From contig JAZKFH010000019.1 in the NCBI GenBank assembly GCA_040386535.1, forward strand, positions 96,001 to 160,000: DNA of 64,000 bases. Direction: 5' to 3'. Below, piece by piece: positions 10,759 to 20,983 of this stretch; the stretch's first letter is position 1; the number at the start of each line of letters is the position of its first letter. The position numbers and the translations under genes are program-made. This DNA comes from Myxococcota bacterium (lineage in GTDB: Bacteria > Myxococcota_A > UBA796 > SXON01). Below the pieces are notes generated by a model. The model was not told where the DNA came from. It worked only from the letters and a program-made list of their open reading frames with translations, and did no database searches.

Positions 10759-12159
10759 ATGCTCCTGCTCCTGTCGACGCTCGCCCTCGCAACCCCGCCT
10801 CCCGGTCCTACAGCGCAGCAGGTGGCGCAGTACGGCGCCCTCCCGATGGTGCTTCCCGGCAGCGCGCCCCGGCGCGGGCCTCCGCCCCCGGCCTCGTCCG
10901 GCCCGGCCGTCACGGTGTACGGCTACCACGCGTACTGGAGCGCCGATCCCACTGCGCTCGACTTCGAGCGCCTGACCCACCTCGCGCTGTTCAACGTCGA
11001 TCTGAACTCCGACGGTTCGCTCGGGTCGACCGAACACTGGACCGACATCGCGGGCGCGGTCGTGCCCGTGGCCCACAGCCACGGCGTGCGGGTGCATCTG
11101 TGTGTCACCGCGTTCGACGAGAACGCCCACACGCAGGTGTTCGGTTCTCCCACCCTGCGTGCCACCGCCATCGCCAACATGAAGGCGCTGGTGGACGAGT
11201 ACGGCGCCGATGGCGTGATGATCGACATCGAGGCCATGGATGTCTCCAACCGCGATGGCTACTCCACGTTCGTCGAGGAGCTCGCGGCCGCGGTCGATGA
11301 CGTGTTCCTCTCCACGCCGGCGGTGAATTGGTCGGGCGCGTTCGATTATGGCCGCCTCGCCGCCGCGACCCAGGGCCTGTTCATCATGGCCTACAACTAC
11401 CATTGGTCCGGTGGTGATCCGGGCCCCAACGATCCGCTCTACGGTGCCTCTCCCTGGGACTACCACGCCATCGAGTGGAGTGTGGACGACTACGTCGCCA
11501 GCGGCGCCCCGCGGAACAAGCTCATCCTGGGGTTGCCACTGTATGGGTGGGAGTGGCCGACCGACAGCGCCGCGGTCCCCGGCACCGCGACCGGTACCGG
11601 CAATTCCGTCCTCTTCGCCGAGGCTGCTGCGCTCGCGGCCGCCGAGACCAGCCTGTACGACACCCCCAGTCACAGCCCGTACCTGCTGCGTGCCAACTCC
11701 CAGATCTGGTACGCGGACACGAGCTCCGTCCAGGAGCGGATCGCCTGGGCCGTCGGGAACCGCATGCAGGGCGTGGGCTTCTGGGCCCTCGGCTACGAGG
11801 GCGACGATCCGGCGTTCTGGGACATGGTGCGCATCGAGACCGCGGCCGACCGCGTGCCCGGCCCGAAGGACACGGGCGGGGACACCGACAGTGACACGGG
11901 AGGAGACACGGACGAGGACACCGACGTTGACACGGACGTTGACACGGACGTGCCGGAGGACACCGACCCGTCCGATGACACGGGAACCTCGGTCGACACG
12001 GATGACACCGATGTGGGTGACACCGCGGCCGATCCCGCCGTGAATGACGACGAGGCGGGCGGGTGCGGATGTGTCACCGGCTCGGGCGGCCCCGCCGCGT
12101 CGGGCGGGCTGCTCGTTGCGTTGGGCCTGCTGCTCGGCCTCCGGCGCCGCACGCACTGA
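10759..12159 (+). CDS. GH18 glycoside hydrolase with acidic linker and MYXO-CTERM-like sorting signal
   Basis: DGVMIDIE catalytic motif, IMAYNY, KLILGLPLYG, GVGFWALG; C-terminal GGCGC...TM...RRR. Confidence 0.9.
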   Translation: MLLLLSTLALATPPPGPTAQQVAQYGALPMVLPGSAPRRGPPPPASSGPAVTVYGYHAYWSADPTALDFERLTHLALFNVDLNSDGSLGSTEHWTDIAGAVVPVAHSHGVRVHLCVTAFDENAHTQVFGSPTLRATAIANMKALVDEYGADGVMIDIEAMDVSNRDGYSTFVEELAAAVDDVFLSTPAVNWSGAFDYGRLAAATQGLFIMAYNYHWSGGDPGPNDPLYGASPWDYHAIEWSVDDYVASGAPRNKLILGLPLYGWEWPTDSAAVPGTATGTGNSVLFAEAAALAAAETSLYDTPSHSPYLLRANSQIWYADTSSVQERIAWAVGNRMQGVGFWALGYEGDDPAFWDMVRIETAADRVPGPKDTGGDTDSDTGGDTDEDTDVDTDVDTDVPEDTDPSDDTGTSVDTDDTDVGDTAADPAVNDDEAGGCGCVTGSGGPAASGGLLVALGLLLGLRRRTH

Positions 12160-12263
12160 TTAGTGCCTGTGTCTTTGTGCGTGTCCGCGTTCCTTTGCGT
12201 TCGGCTCTGTGCACGTCTGCGTAGGGCCGGGGCGCGATTGGTTCGGCGCGCATAAGGCGCCAG

Positions 12264-13175
12264 ATGCTGATCGCCCTGTTGTTCGCCTGCTCCGAAGCGC
12301 CCCCCGAACCGGTCGTCGCGGCCCCCACGCCGCCCCGCGTGGTCAAGGTGGCGCTCAATTGGTACCCCGAGCCCGAGTTCGGCGGCTACTACGCGGCGCT
12401 GCTCGACGGCGCCTACAAGGACGCGGGGCTCGCCGTGGAGCTCGTGCCCGGCGGCCCAAACGTGCCGGTGCTGGAGATGCTCGCCGAGGGCAAGGTGGAC
12501 GTCGCGATCTCGGGCGCGGACGACCTGCTCGTGCGCCGCTCCCGCGGGCTCGACGCGGTGGCGCTCTTCCCCGGCTTCGTCGACTCCCCGGTGGGGCTCA
12601 TGACGCACGCCGACGGAGGCCCCACCCGCTTCGAGGACGTGTCGGGCACGGTGGCGATCGGCGAGGGCGGGCCGCTCCAGATGTTCCTCTGGGGGCGCTA
12701 CGGGTGGGCGGGCAAGGTGGCGATGGTGCCGCCGACCGGCTCGATCGCCGCGTTCGCCGCGGATCCCAAGCTCATCCAGCAGGCGTACATCTCGAGCGAG
12801 CCGTGCCTCGCCGAGGGCCAGGGGATGAAGGTGAACTTCCTCCCCGCGCGCGACGCGGGGTGGAGCCCCTACAGCTCGCTCGCCGTCGTGCGTGAAGGCG
12901 ATGCCGACGCCGACTGGGTCAAGGCCTTCCGCGCCGCGAGCCTCGCCGGGTGGAACGCCTACCTCGCCGATCCGTCCCGCGCGAACGCCGAGATCACCCG
13001 GCTCAACCCCGAGATGCCCGCCGAGCGGATGGCGTGTATCGTCGCGCGGCAGGCCCCCTACGTCGCGGGCGCCGCGGGCGTGGGCGTCATGACCGCCGAG
13101 CGTTGGACCGAGCTCGCCGCGGCGCTGGTGAGCGTCGGCCAGCCGGTCGACGCGAACGGGGCGTGGATCCCCTGA
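12264..13175 (+). CDS. ABC transporter substrate-binding lipoprotein, NMT1/THI5-like
   Basis: LNWYPEPEFGGYYAA...G.YKDAGL.VELVPGGP motif; LFAC lipobox. Confidence 0.85.
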   Translation: MLIALLFACSEAPPEPVVAAPTPPRVVKVALNWYPEPEFGGYYAALLDGAYKDAGLAVELVPGGPNVPVLEMLAEGKVDVAISGADDLLVRRSRGLDAVALFPGFVDSPVGLMTHADGGPTRFEDVSGTVAIGEGGPLQMFLWGRYGWAGKVAMVPPTGSIAAFAADPKLIQQAYISSEPCLAEGQGMKVNFLPARDAGWSPYSSLAVVREGDADADWVKAFRAASLAGWNAYLADPSRANAEITRLNPEMPAERMACIVARQAPYVAGAAGVGVMTAERWTELAAALVSVGQPVDANGAWIP

Positions 13176-13178
13176 CGC

Positions 13179-13679
13179 CTATCGGCCCATGATCCCGACC
13201 AGCTCCACCTCGAACACGAGCGTCGCGCCCCCGGGGATCATCCCGCCCGCGCCGCGCTCGCCGTAGCCGAGGCCCGGCGGGATCTCGAGCCGCCGCGCCT
13301 CGCCTACCTTCATCGTCGAGACGGCCTCGTCCCACCCCTTGATCACCTGGCCGCCGCCCACCTTGAACTGGAGCGGCACGCCACGGTCCAGGCTGGAGTC
13401 GAACTTGGTGCCGTCGGCGAGCCAGCCCGTGTAGTTCACGGCCACGGTTTCGCCGGGCGCGGGCGTCGGCCCGGTGCCCTCGCGCAGCACCCAGTACTTG
13501 AGGCCGGTAGGGGTGGTGACGAGCGGAAGGCCGTCGATGGGGGCCTGCGCGTCCGTGCGCGAGACCTGCATCGGCGCTGGGCCGTAGGTGCCGGAAGAGG
13601 TGACGGGGCGCGTGCCGGGGCCGCCGATCGTGGTGGCGCTCGGGGAGCAGGCGAACAGGAACAACAGGGCGAAACGCAT
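13179..13679 (-). CDS. FKBP-type peptidyl-prolyl isomerase (lipoprotein)
   Basis: VNYTGWLADGTKFDSS, VIKGWDE, IPPGLGYG, LVFEVEL. Confidence 0.95.
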   Translation of the reverse strand: MRFALLFLFACSPSATTIGGPGTRPVTSSGTYGPAPMQVSRTDAQAPIDGLPLVTTPTGLKYWVLREGTGPTPAPGETVAVNYTGWLADGTKFDSSLDRGVPLQFKVGGGQVIKGWDEAVSTMKVGEARRLEIPPGLGYGERGAGGMIPGGATLVFEVELVGIMGR

Positions 13680-13739
13680 GGGCGCGGGCTATCCGCGGCG
13701 CGGACGGACGGCCACGGTTCGCGGGTGCGCGGACGCCCG

Positions 13740-14513
13740 CTACACGAGGCTGATGCGGTCCATCCGGAACACGCGGTCCTCTCCCCGCAGATGACAGAAC
13801 GCCTCCACGCGGGAGCCGAGCACCCGGTGGACGGTGATGGCACGCCGCGTCGGTTGGGCGTCGGAGCGGCGGTAGTCGATGATGATCGGCTGGGAGCGGC
13901 GCGCGGCGTCCATCAGCGCGTCGGACACGACCTTGAGCTCCTCGACGTTGGGGCGACGACACAGGCGCTCGGTCTCCTCGACTGTCAGCCGCCGCTCCAC
14001 GTCGACGCGCTCGAGCAGCTGCCACGCCATCTCCCAGGTGGCCTCGGCGTCATCGAGGGCCCGGTGCGCGCGGCCGCGCCCGATCCCGAGGTGCTCACAC
14101 AACGCCGCGAGGCGGTGGCTGGGGAGCGCCAACACGCGCCGGGAGAGGCCCAGCGTGTCGAACACGGGCACTTCGGGCGCCCACAAGCCGGCGCGGGCGT
14201 ATTCCATGTCGAGGAAGGCACAATCGAACCGGGCGTTGTGGGCCACCAGCACCGCGCCGCGCAACATCCGCGACAACGTGGGCGCCATCTCGACGAACCG
14301 GGGCTGGCCACGCACCATCTCGTCGGTGATGCCGTGGATCTCGGTCGCGTCCACCGGACGCTCGGGGTCGAGCAGGGTCGACCAGCGGCGCGGCACCTCC
14401 CCGTACCGCCCCCGTACGACCGCCACCTCGATCGCCCGATCGCCCCGCTCGGGCGAGAGGCCCGTGGTCTCGAAATCGAGCGCGGCGAGCTCGGTCTCCC
14501 AGAGGAGGCTCAA
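13740..14513 (-). CDS. DEDDh 3'-5' exonuclease (DnaQ-like) fused to C-terminal WYL domain
   Basis: LDFETTG, VAHNARFD, HRALDDA; C-terminal IIIDY...TRRAI...VEAFCHLRGEDRVFRMDRI; TTG start overlaps upstream TGA. Confidence 0.88.
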   Translation of the reverse strand: MSLLWETELAALDFETTGLSPERGDRAIEVAVVRGRYGEVPRRWSTLLDPERPVDATEIHGITDEMVRGQPRFVEMAPTLSRMLRGAVLVAHNARFDCAFLDMEYARAGLWAPEVPVFDTLGLSRRVLALPSHRLAALCEHLGIGRGRAHRALDDAEATWEMAWQLLERVDVERRLTVEETERLCRRPNVEELKVVSDALMDAARRSQPIIIDYRRSDAQPTRRAITVHRVLGSRVEAFCHLRGEDRVFRMDRISLV

Positions 14514-17455
14514 CCTGGCTCTTCGTCGGCGGGATCCACCGGGGGGAGCAACCAGTCGGGCAGGCCCGGGGCGGTCCAACCGGAGCCGTCGATGTCGACG
14601 TAGATGGGGTTGGTGAGGGCGTACGGGATGACCGCCCCCGCGCGGGGGATGGGGACCGCGGGCGAGAGGAGCGAGCCGACGGAGGGCACATCCGAGAGGG
14701 CCTCGGTGACCACGTCCTGGAGCTGCACGGGCGCCATCTCCACCGGGGTGAACAGGGGGGACAGGTCCCCGTCGCCCACGGCCACGACGACGAACCAGGA
14801 GTCGACCGTCACCTCGACGTCCAGGTCCTGCACGAGCTTGTAGATGTCGGGATCGAGCCCCTCCCACTCGTGGATGAGGGTGCCGTTCTGATACAGCTCC
14901 ACCCGATCGACGGGGATCCACGTGGGCGCCTGCACCTCGATGTGCAGGCTCACCGTGCCGTCCGTGTCGACGATCTCGTCACCCACGATGGCGGTCTCGT
15001 TGGCCGTGAACCGGATGAACGGCCCGTAGCTCGCGACGACGTGGCCGCCCCGCACCGCGTCCGCGATGGCCTGCTCGTCGAGCTGCGCGGGCTCGTCGGT
15101 GTCGGTCACCACGTAATTGCGGGGGCACCCCGCCTCGACCGAGAACTTGCCGTGGGTGTCACTGTTGCCCAGCGCTGTGTACCGCTTGCCGGTGTTGAGC
15201 AGGGAGAACCAATCGTCGACCTGGCCCTCGTGCCCGTATCCGAGCCGGTAGATGCCCCCCGACAGATCCTCCTGCTCCTGTCCGGTGCGCGTGACCATCT
15301 CGTAGGAGGAGAGGGCCCCACCCTCCGCGTACCGATCCAACTCGGCTTGGGTGGGCGTGCGCACGATCTCGAAGCGCTTGCCGTTGAGCAATTCCAGCGC
15401 CTCGAAGGACTCCTCGAACTCGCCCGACCGGAGGAGGGGATTGACGATGGAGAGCACCGGCGTCGCGATGGTGCCGGTGTACGGGTCGTAGCCGAACTGG
15501 TCGAAGTAGCCGAGGATGCCGTCCCGCGGGTGGGCCACGAAGCGCACGGGCTCGTAGCCGGAGCGGGTGCCGAGCTCGTCGAGCGAGTCGAGGATCTCGC
15601 CGGCGGTCATGCCGGTCCAATCGAAGGCGCCGCCCTGGTCGGCGAGAGAATCGGCGACCATGGGAAAGCCGAGGAAGTGCCCCACCTCGAGCGTGGTGGA
15701 TTCGAGGCCCACCGCGGTCTTCACCCAGGGTTCGAGGCCGAGATCCTCGACGGCGGGCGCGTAGTCGGTCAACGCGTCGTGGTCGGTCGACGTGAAGAAC
15801 TCGACCCCCTCGGCCGCCATCGTGATGACACGGTCGGAGAGGGTGGTGCCCGAATCGAAGCTGTTGATGGAGTGGACGTGGAAGTCGGCGCTCACGAACC
15901 CCGTGGTGTCAACCGAGCGCACGACCTGCAATTGCAGGCGGGAAACGCCGGTGGCGGTCACGGTGAAGGGCTCGGAGGTGCCAAGCTCGTACTCGAGGCC
16001 GCGCGACGCGATCGCGGTGTACGTGCCCGGGGGGAGGATCACGTCCGCCTGCCCGTCGCGGGTGAAGACGACCTCGGACGGGTTTCCGGAGATGTAGTCG
16101 TCGCCCAGGTCCGGGTTCAGCCCCGGGCCGGACTCGCCGAAGAAGCTGATCTTGGAGGGGACGGCGCGGCCGAGCTCGTCCACCACGTGGACGCTCACCT
16201 GGCCGGCGCGCGGGGAGGCGACCACGAGGTTCACCGTGCCGCCCTCGCTCACCGTGACCGGGATGCGCTCGCTGTCGGGGCGCCCGCGGCCGTGCACGAG
16301 CAGCTCGTAGTCGCCCGGGGGGAGGCGCCCGCCGAACGAGCCGTCGATCTGCGTGTCGTCGCCGACGTCGGAGAGCCACTGGTTGTAGGGCATCTCGGCG
16401 CCGGCCTGGTAGGCGAGCACGGACACGCCGGACAACGCGATGCCGGTGCCCTCTTCGAGGACGTAGCCGCGCACCTCACCGTAGGGCTGGCCGCGGGCTT
16501 CGAGCAGCACGTCGAGCACGCTGCCGACATCGCCGGTGCCGATCGCGAAGTACCGCTCGTAGCTGTAGGCGCTACCGGCCGGGAATCGATCGTTCTCGCC
16601 CGCGACGCCCGCGGTGCCGGCGCCGAACGCGGCGGTCTGCGAGGAGGTGAACAGCGGCACGTACAGGTCACCCGTGGCGGCGGCGATGCCGTAGCTCACG
16701 CCGTCCGCCACGCCGGCCACGAAATCGAACTGGAAGGGGTCCTGGAACGTGTTGACGCCGGCGCTGCGCAGCTCGTCGACCGCACGATCCTCGTCGAACC
16801 CCATGCCGGGCGCGAACACGTCGACCGAGCCGCCCTGGAGGTAGAAGTCGCCGAAAGCCACGCCCGAGGAGATCGCGAGATCGAGCACGTCCAGCCCGTC
16901 CTCGGAGCCGGCGAGCAGGGTGCCCTCCACGTACTCGGGGGCGCCGAACGTAGCGGTGGTGCGGATCTTGAGCGCGCCGGCGCCGGGCTCGAGGATGTAG
17001 TCCGTCGTGATGCGGAACTCGGGCTGGCCCACCACGGCCCAGAGCGGATCGAGCATGGTCAGGAAGGGCTCGGCGGAGGCGTCGGTGCGGATGATGGCCG
17101 CGTTGCCGTCCGCACCGTCGTTGACGACCGACACCTCCGCGGCCTCGTCGACCGCGCCGAGGTTCATGTTGACCGTGGAGAACATCTCCGCGAGGCGATC
17201 GTTGCCGTGCCCGCCCGCGTACTTCGGGTGGGGGCGCTGCAGGTCCGCGTCGGCGATGGTCCCGCCGTAGGGGCTGGGGCCGAGCGAGTAGCGCGCACCC
17301 AGGACCGTGAACCGCACCCGGTCGTTCTCCAGCAGGAAATCGCCGGGGCGCGCCATGGCCTTGGGGCCACCGATGCCGTCTTCCAGGCTTTCCATGCGCG
17401 TCGCGCGCGACCAGGAGGGGCTCTCGGAGCAGGCGAGGAAGAGGAGGAGGTGCAT
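14510..17455 (-). CDS. Large lipoprotein metallohydrolase, PHP-type (CehA/McbA-like) with N-terminal beta domains
   Basis: MHLLLFLAC start; SADFHVHS, STDHD, FVAHPR, GNSDTH PHP metal ligands; ALTNPIYVD C-terminal motif. Confidence 0.85.
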   Translation of the reverse strand: MHLLLFLACSESPSWSRATRMESLEDGIGGPKAMARPGDFLLENDRVRFTVLGARYSLGPSPYGGTIADADLQRPHPKYAGGHGNDRLAEMFSTVNMNLGAVDEAAEVSVVNDGADGNAAIIRTDASAEPFLTMLDPLWAVVGQPEFRITTDYILEPGAGALKIRTTATFGAPEYVEGTLLAGSEDGLDVLDLAISSGVAFGDFYLQGGSVDVFAPGMGFDEDRAVDELRSAGVNTFQDPFQFDFVAGVADGVSYGIAAATGDLYVPLFTSSQTAAFGAGTAGVAGENDRFPAGSAYSYERYFAIGTGDVGSVLDVLLEARGQPYGEVRGYVLEEGTGIALSGVSVLAYQAGAEMPYNQWLSDVGDDTQIDGSFGGRLPPGDYELLVHGRGRPDSERIPVTVSEGGTVNLVVASPRAGQVSVHVVDELGRAVPSKISFFGESGPGLNPDLGDDYISGNPSEVVFTRDGQADVILPPGTYTAIASRGLEYELGTSEPFTVTATGVSRLQLQVVRSVDTTGFVSADFHVHSINSFDSGTTLSDRVITMAAEGVEFFTSTDHDALTDYAPAVEDLGLEPWVKTAVGLESTTLEVGHFLGFPMVADSLADQGGAFDWTGMTAGEILDSLDELGTRSGYEPVRFVAHPRDGILGYFDQFGYDPYTGTIATPVLSIVNPLLRSGEFEESFEALELLNGKRFEIVRTPTQAELDRYAEGGALSSYEMVTRTGQEQEDLSGGIYRLGYGHEGQVDDWFSLLNTGKRYTALGNSDTHGKFSVEAGCPRNYVVTDTDEPAQLDEQAIADAVRGGHVVASYGPFIRFTANETAIVGDEIVDTDGTVSLHIEVQAPTWIPVDRVELYQNGTLIHEWEGLDPDIYKLVQDLDVEVTVDSWFVVVAVGDGDLSPLFTPVEMAPVQLQDVVTEALSDVPSVGSLLSPAVPIPRAGAVIPYALTNPIYVDIDGSGWTAPGLPDWLLPPVDPADEEPG

Positions 17456-17485
17456 GCGCGGTGTAGGATACCGGTCTCTACCCGG

Positions 17486-18751
17486 ATGTCCATGCTGCTC
17501 GCGCTCGCCGCCCTGTCGCTCGCTCCTTCTGTCGCTCTCGCGGGCACCGAGAACGTCGATGACGCGCCGGCCGTGCCGGTCGAAGACACGGTGGCCGAAG
17601 AGCCCGCGCCCGCGGACATGGAGAGGAGCCGCAGGCCGAGGGGCGGCGGGCGGCGGGGAGGCCAGGGAGGCGGGGAGGGCGCCGAGCAGCGCCGTGATCC
17701 GGGGCCCGACGGCGAGGGCCGCCACCGCGACCGCCCCGAGGGCATCTGGGCGCACATCCGCCCCGTCGGCCTCGCCCAGGTGTGGGTCACCGCGTGGGAC
17801 ATGGACGAGGATCCCGTCGCGGACGCCTCCGGCTACGGAGACCCGGAAGACGACGTGGGCTTCAAGCTCAAGCGCTTCCGCCTGGGCCTCGCCGGAGAGG
17901 AGAAGGGGCTGGACTGGGCCCTCGTGGTCGGATTGACCGCTCCCTACGACGGGTTTGACGAGCAGGACGGGAGCATCGAGATCGTGGACGCGCATGTCGG
18001 CTACCGCTGGAAGGGCCTCGGGGTGAAGGTCGGCCGCGACGAGGTGCCGTTCTCCCGCGACCGCATGATCTCCTCCGCGGAGCAGACCTTCACCGAGCGC
18101 GGCATGATCGCGGAGCACGTCGCGCCGGGCCGCGAGCTCGGCGCCACCGTGTTCGCCCAGCGCTGGGGCGCCAAGATCACGCTCGGCGTGTTCAACAGCG
18201 GCGGCTCCGGCGCGGCCGACAACCTGTTCGGGGACGACAACCTCGGCAAGACCTTCCTCGGGCGGCTGGAGTTCAGCCGTGGGGACGCGGACGTGTACGA
18301 GACCTGGGGCGGCTCGCGGAAGCTCTCCTTCGGTGTGGGCGTGGGCGGCTTCCTCACGGACGACGTGGCGACGGCCACCCAGGCGCTCGGCGCCGACGCG
18401 ATCGTGCGCGTGGCGGGCCTCACCGTGCTCGTCGACGCCGCGCTCGCCGACGTGTCGCCCACCAACTCCGACCTCGCCGTGCCGGGCGTGTGGAGCCAGA
18501 CGACGCGCCGCGGCCTGACGGGCCAGGTCGGCTACGGCATCGGCGCCTTCGAGCCGGCGGTCAAGGTGAGCTTCTACGAGGACTCGTCCGTGGGCGGCTA
18601 CTCGACGCTGCTCGGCGGCGTGGTGTGGCACGGCGGCCTGGACGACCGCGGCCGGGACCGCGTGCGCATCGGCGCCGGCTACGTGCTCCGCTTGGAGGAG
18701 GACACCATCGCCAACGACTCGGTCCGCCTGTGGGCGCAGGTTCGGCCGTGA
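17486..18751 (+). CDS. Outer-membrane porin (OprO/OprP-like)
   Basis: Signal peptide; GFKLKRFRLG, IVDAHVGY, KVGRDEVPFSRDRMISS, GRELGA; alternating beta strands. Confidence 0.7.
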   Translation: MSMLLALAALSLAPSVALAGTENVDDAPAVPVEDTVAEEPAPADMERSRRPRGGGRRGGQGGGEGAEQRRDPGPDGEGRHRDRPEGIWAHIRPVGLAQVWVTAWDMDEDPVADASGYGDPEDDVGFKLKRFRLGLAGEEKGLDWALVVGLTAPYDGFDEQDGSIEIVDAHVGYRWKGLGVKVGRDEVPFSRDRMISSAEQTFTERGMIAEHVAPGRELGATVFAQRWGAKITLGVFNSGGSGAADNLFGDDNLGKTFLGRLEFSRGDADVYETWGGSRKLSFGVGVGGFLTDDVATATQALGADAIVRVAGLTVLVDAALADVSPTNSDLAVPGVWSQTTRRGLTGQVGYGIGAFEPAVKVSFYEDSSVGGYSTLLGGVVWHGGLDDRGRDRVRIGAGYVLRLEEDTIANDSVRLWAQVRP

Positions 18752-18800
18752 CCGGGGCCGCCATGACCGCGGCGCCCGGGGCGGCCAGGATGGAGCAGGC

Positions 18801-19127
18801 ATGAGGATCCGGGGCATCCAGGAGCTTCCCGAACCCACGTTCCGGACGGTCGACGATGCCTGGGTGAGCCTCGACTCGGTCATCGAGCGGGTGTGCGCGG
18901 CGCTGCGGGGAGACGTGAGCCCCGTGGTCGCCAAGTGCACGATCCAGCTCGCACGCCACGCCGCCGATCAGCTCGATCGGGTCGAGATCGGCGCCCTCGC
19001 GACGGACGTGTGCTTCGCGCTGCGGGGCGAGCGCATCGTCGTGACGCCCATCGTGGTGCAGGCGATCCTGATGGCCTACGCGAGCGAGGTCGCGCGGCTC
19101 GAGGTGGTCCAGGTCGAGGAGGGGTAG
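18801..19127 (+). CDS. Hypothetical protein
   Basis: GGAG upstream; coding-like codon usage; no recognised motif. Confidence 0.5.
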   Translation: MRIRGIQELPEPTFRTVDDAWVSLDSVIERVCAALRGDVSPVVAKCTIQLARHAADQLDRVEIGALATDVCFALRGERIVVTPIVVQAILMAYASEVARLEVVQVEEG

Positions 19128-19144
19128 GTTCGCCCGCGGCCTTG

Positions 19145-19195
19145 CGGCACGACCCCCGGCCTACGGCACGACCCCGGGCCTACGGCGCGACCGCC
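19145..19195. repeat. 19-bp tandem repeat (~2.5 copies) overlapping the kinase stop codon
   Basis: CGGCACGACCCCCGGCCTA (19145) / CGGCACGACCCCGGGCCTA (19164) / CGGCGCGACCGCC (19183). Confidence 0.7.
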
Positions 19196-20967
19196 ACCTT
19201 TCGGGGAGAGGTGGCCGAGCCTTCCTTGAGCGTCACGTCGCCCTTGGTGGCCGAGATGAAGTAGGCGACGCCCCCGGCCATGGCCTCGGTCGCCTTGACC
19301 GAGGTGGTGTAGGTGCCGCCCGCGCCCTTCATCGGGTTCGCGTCGAACGCGCCGCCGGAGGCGGGCCGGTAGTAGAGCTTGACCGCCCACCCGGCGTCGG
19401 GAAGCGTGACCGAGAAGGGGATCGCGTCCCCCACCTTCGCGGGGCCGGGCGACGTGTGGTCCAGCCCGGTCTTCTTGGTGGGGGTGGGCTCCGTGGCCGT
19501 CGGGGTGACGGGGGCCTCCGGGGGCGGCTCGGGGGTGGTGACGACCACCGCGGCCGTCTTGACCGTCTTGCCGTTCGTCGACGCCTTGGTGCTCGTGCCA
19601 GTGCCGCTCACGGGGGCGCTCACGACGGCGACGGGCTCCGTCGCCACAACCGGCACCGGATCGGCCACGACCGGATCGGGCACGGGGACGACGACTTCGG
19701 GCGGCGTGACCACGGCGATCGGCTCGGGCGGAGGGACGGCGCCCGGGGCCGTGACGATGAGGTACCCGACGCCCAACGCCGTGACGACGAGGGCGAAGAA
19801 GACCGCGGCCGCCGCGAGCACCCACGGGAGGGCGGAGCGGGGCGGGTCCTTGCTCAAGGTGTCGTTGGTGCGTGACGACAGCACCGGCTGTGCGTTCCGC
19901 GACGCGGCCGGAGACACGACGATCGGCGCCGCCACGATGGCCTCGGCGGGGCCCTCTCCCACGTCGGGCACCATGGTGCCGACGGGGTCGTGCGTGACGT
20001 TGTCGCCCGGGCTGCTCTGCACCTCGGACGCGAACTGTTGCATCGTGTCCATCGGCTTGCCCTGGCGCTCGAGCGTGTGCCCGACGAGCGGCACGGTGAG
20101 CTCGGGATCGTCGGGCAGCATGGACACGAGCGCGCGCAAGGACTCGGCCATGGCGCGGGCGGAGAGGTAGCGATCCTCGCGGCGGTAGCGGGTGGCGCGC
20201 TTGATGACCTCGGCGAGCTCCTCCGGCAGGTCCGCGAGCATGCCGGGCTCGGCCTCGGCCATGAAGAGCTCGGGGGGAGTCTCCCCGCGCAGGAGCGACC
20301 ACAACGTGGCGCCGACCGAGTAGACGTCGGCCCGCACGTCGACCTGCTTGGCGTTGGTCTTCTGCTCGGGGGCCATGAAACCCCACGTGCCCATGATCGC
20401 GCCCGTACGCGTCATCCCGTCGCCGCTGTCCGTCTGCACCTGGGCGATGCCGAAGTCGGTCACCCGGATCTCGCCCGTGCGCGTGAGGAGGATGTTGTGC
20501 GGCTTGATGTCGCGGTGGATCACGCCGGCGTCGTGGGCGGCCTGGAGGCTCTCGCAGATCTGGATGGTGGCCTCTGCCGCCATGCGCGGGGGGAGGGGGC
20601 CGAAGTCCCGCACCCGGTCGAGCAGGGAGCCGCCCTCGATCAGCTCCATCACGATGTAGACGCGATCGCCGTCCTCCCCCGTGTCGAAGATCCGCACGAC
20701 GCGGCTCTCCTCGAGGTTCGCCATGGTCTGCGCCTCGGCCAGGAAGCGCTTGCGGAGCGCGGGGCGTTGGGCGAGCGCGGGGGAGAGCACCTTGACCGCG
20801 CGGGGGCGCTGGAGCCGAAGGTCGAAGGCCCGGTACACCGTGGCCATTCCGCCCTCCCCGATGACCTCGAGGAGCCGAAAACGCCCCTCGGCGAGGCTCT
20901 CGTGGTTCGGGGTCGCGGGCGTGGCGGTCGGCATTCGGCCCTTTCCTACCATGAGTTCGGGGGGCAT
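19180..20967 (-). CDS. Membrane-anchored Hanks-type Ser/Thr protein kinase (start may be ~20934)
   Basis: IGEGGMATVY, AVKVL, HRDIKPHN, DFG, MAPE, DVYSVG; TM helix and Pro-rich extracytoplasmic region. Confidence 0.95.
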   Translation of the reverse strand: MPPELMVGKGRMPTATPATPNHESLAEGRFRLLEVIGEGGMATVYRAFDLRLQRPRAVKVLSPALAQRPALRKRFLAEAQTMANLEESRVVRIFDTGEDGDRVYIVMELIEGGSLLDRVRDFGPLPPRMAAEATIQICESLQAAHDAGVIHRDIKPHNILLTRTGEIRVTDFGIAQVQTDSGDGMTRTGAIMGTWGFMAPEQKTNAKQVDVRADVYSVGATLWSLLRGETPPELFMAEAEPGMLADLPEELAEVIKRATRYRREDRYLSARAMAESLRALVSMLPDDPELTVPLVGHTLERQGKPMDTMQQFASEVQSSPGDNVTHDPVGTMVPDVGEGPAEAIVAAPIVVSPAASRNAQPVLSSRTNDTLSKDPPRSALPWVLAAAAVFFALVVTALGVGYLIVTAPGAVPPPEPIAVVTPPEVVVPVPDPVVADPVPVVATEPVAVVSAPVSGTGTSTKASTNGKTVKTAAVVVTTPEPPPEAPVTPTATEPTPTKKTGLDHTSPGPAKVGDAIPFSVTLPDAGWAVKLYYRPASGGAFDANPMKGAGGTYTTSVKATEAMAGGVAYFISATKGDVTLKEGSATSPRKVAVAP

Positions 20968-20983
20968 TGTCGCGCGTCGGGGT

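Noticed and set aside
14870..17485. 5' extension making a 1293-aa ORF (likewise 2343-3527, 5112-7073 and 17456-18940 extensions)
   Set aside because: Antisense shadows of real genes in high-GC DNA; the true proteins start at internal signal-peptide or motif-consistent starts.
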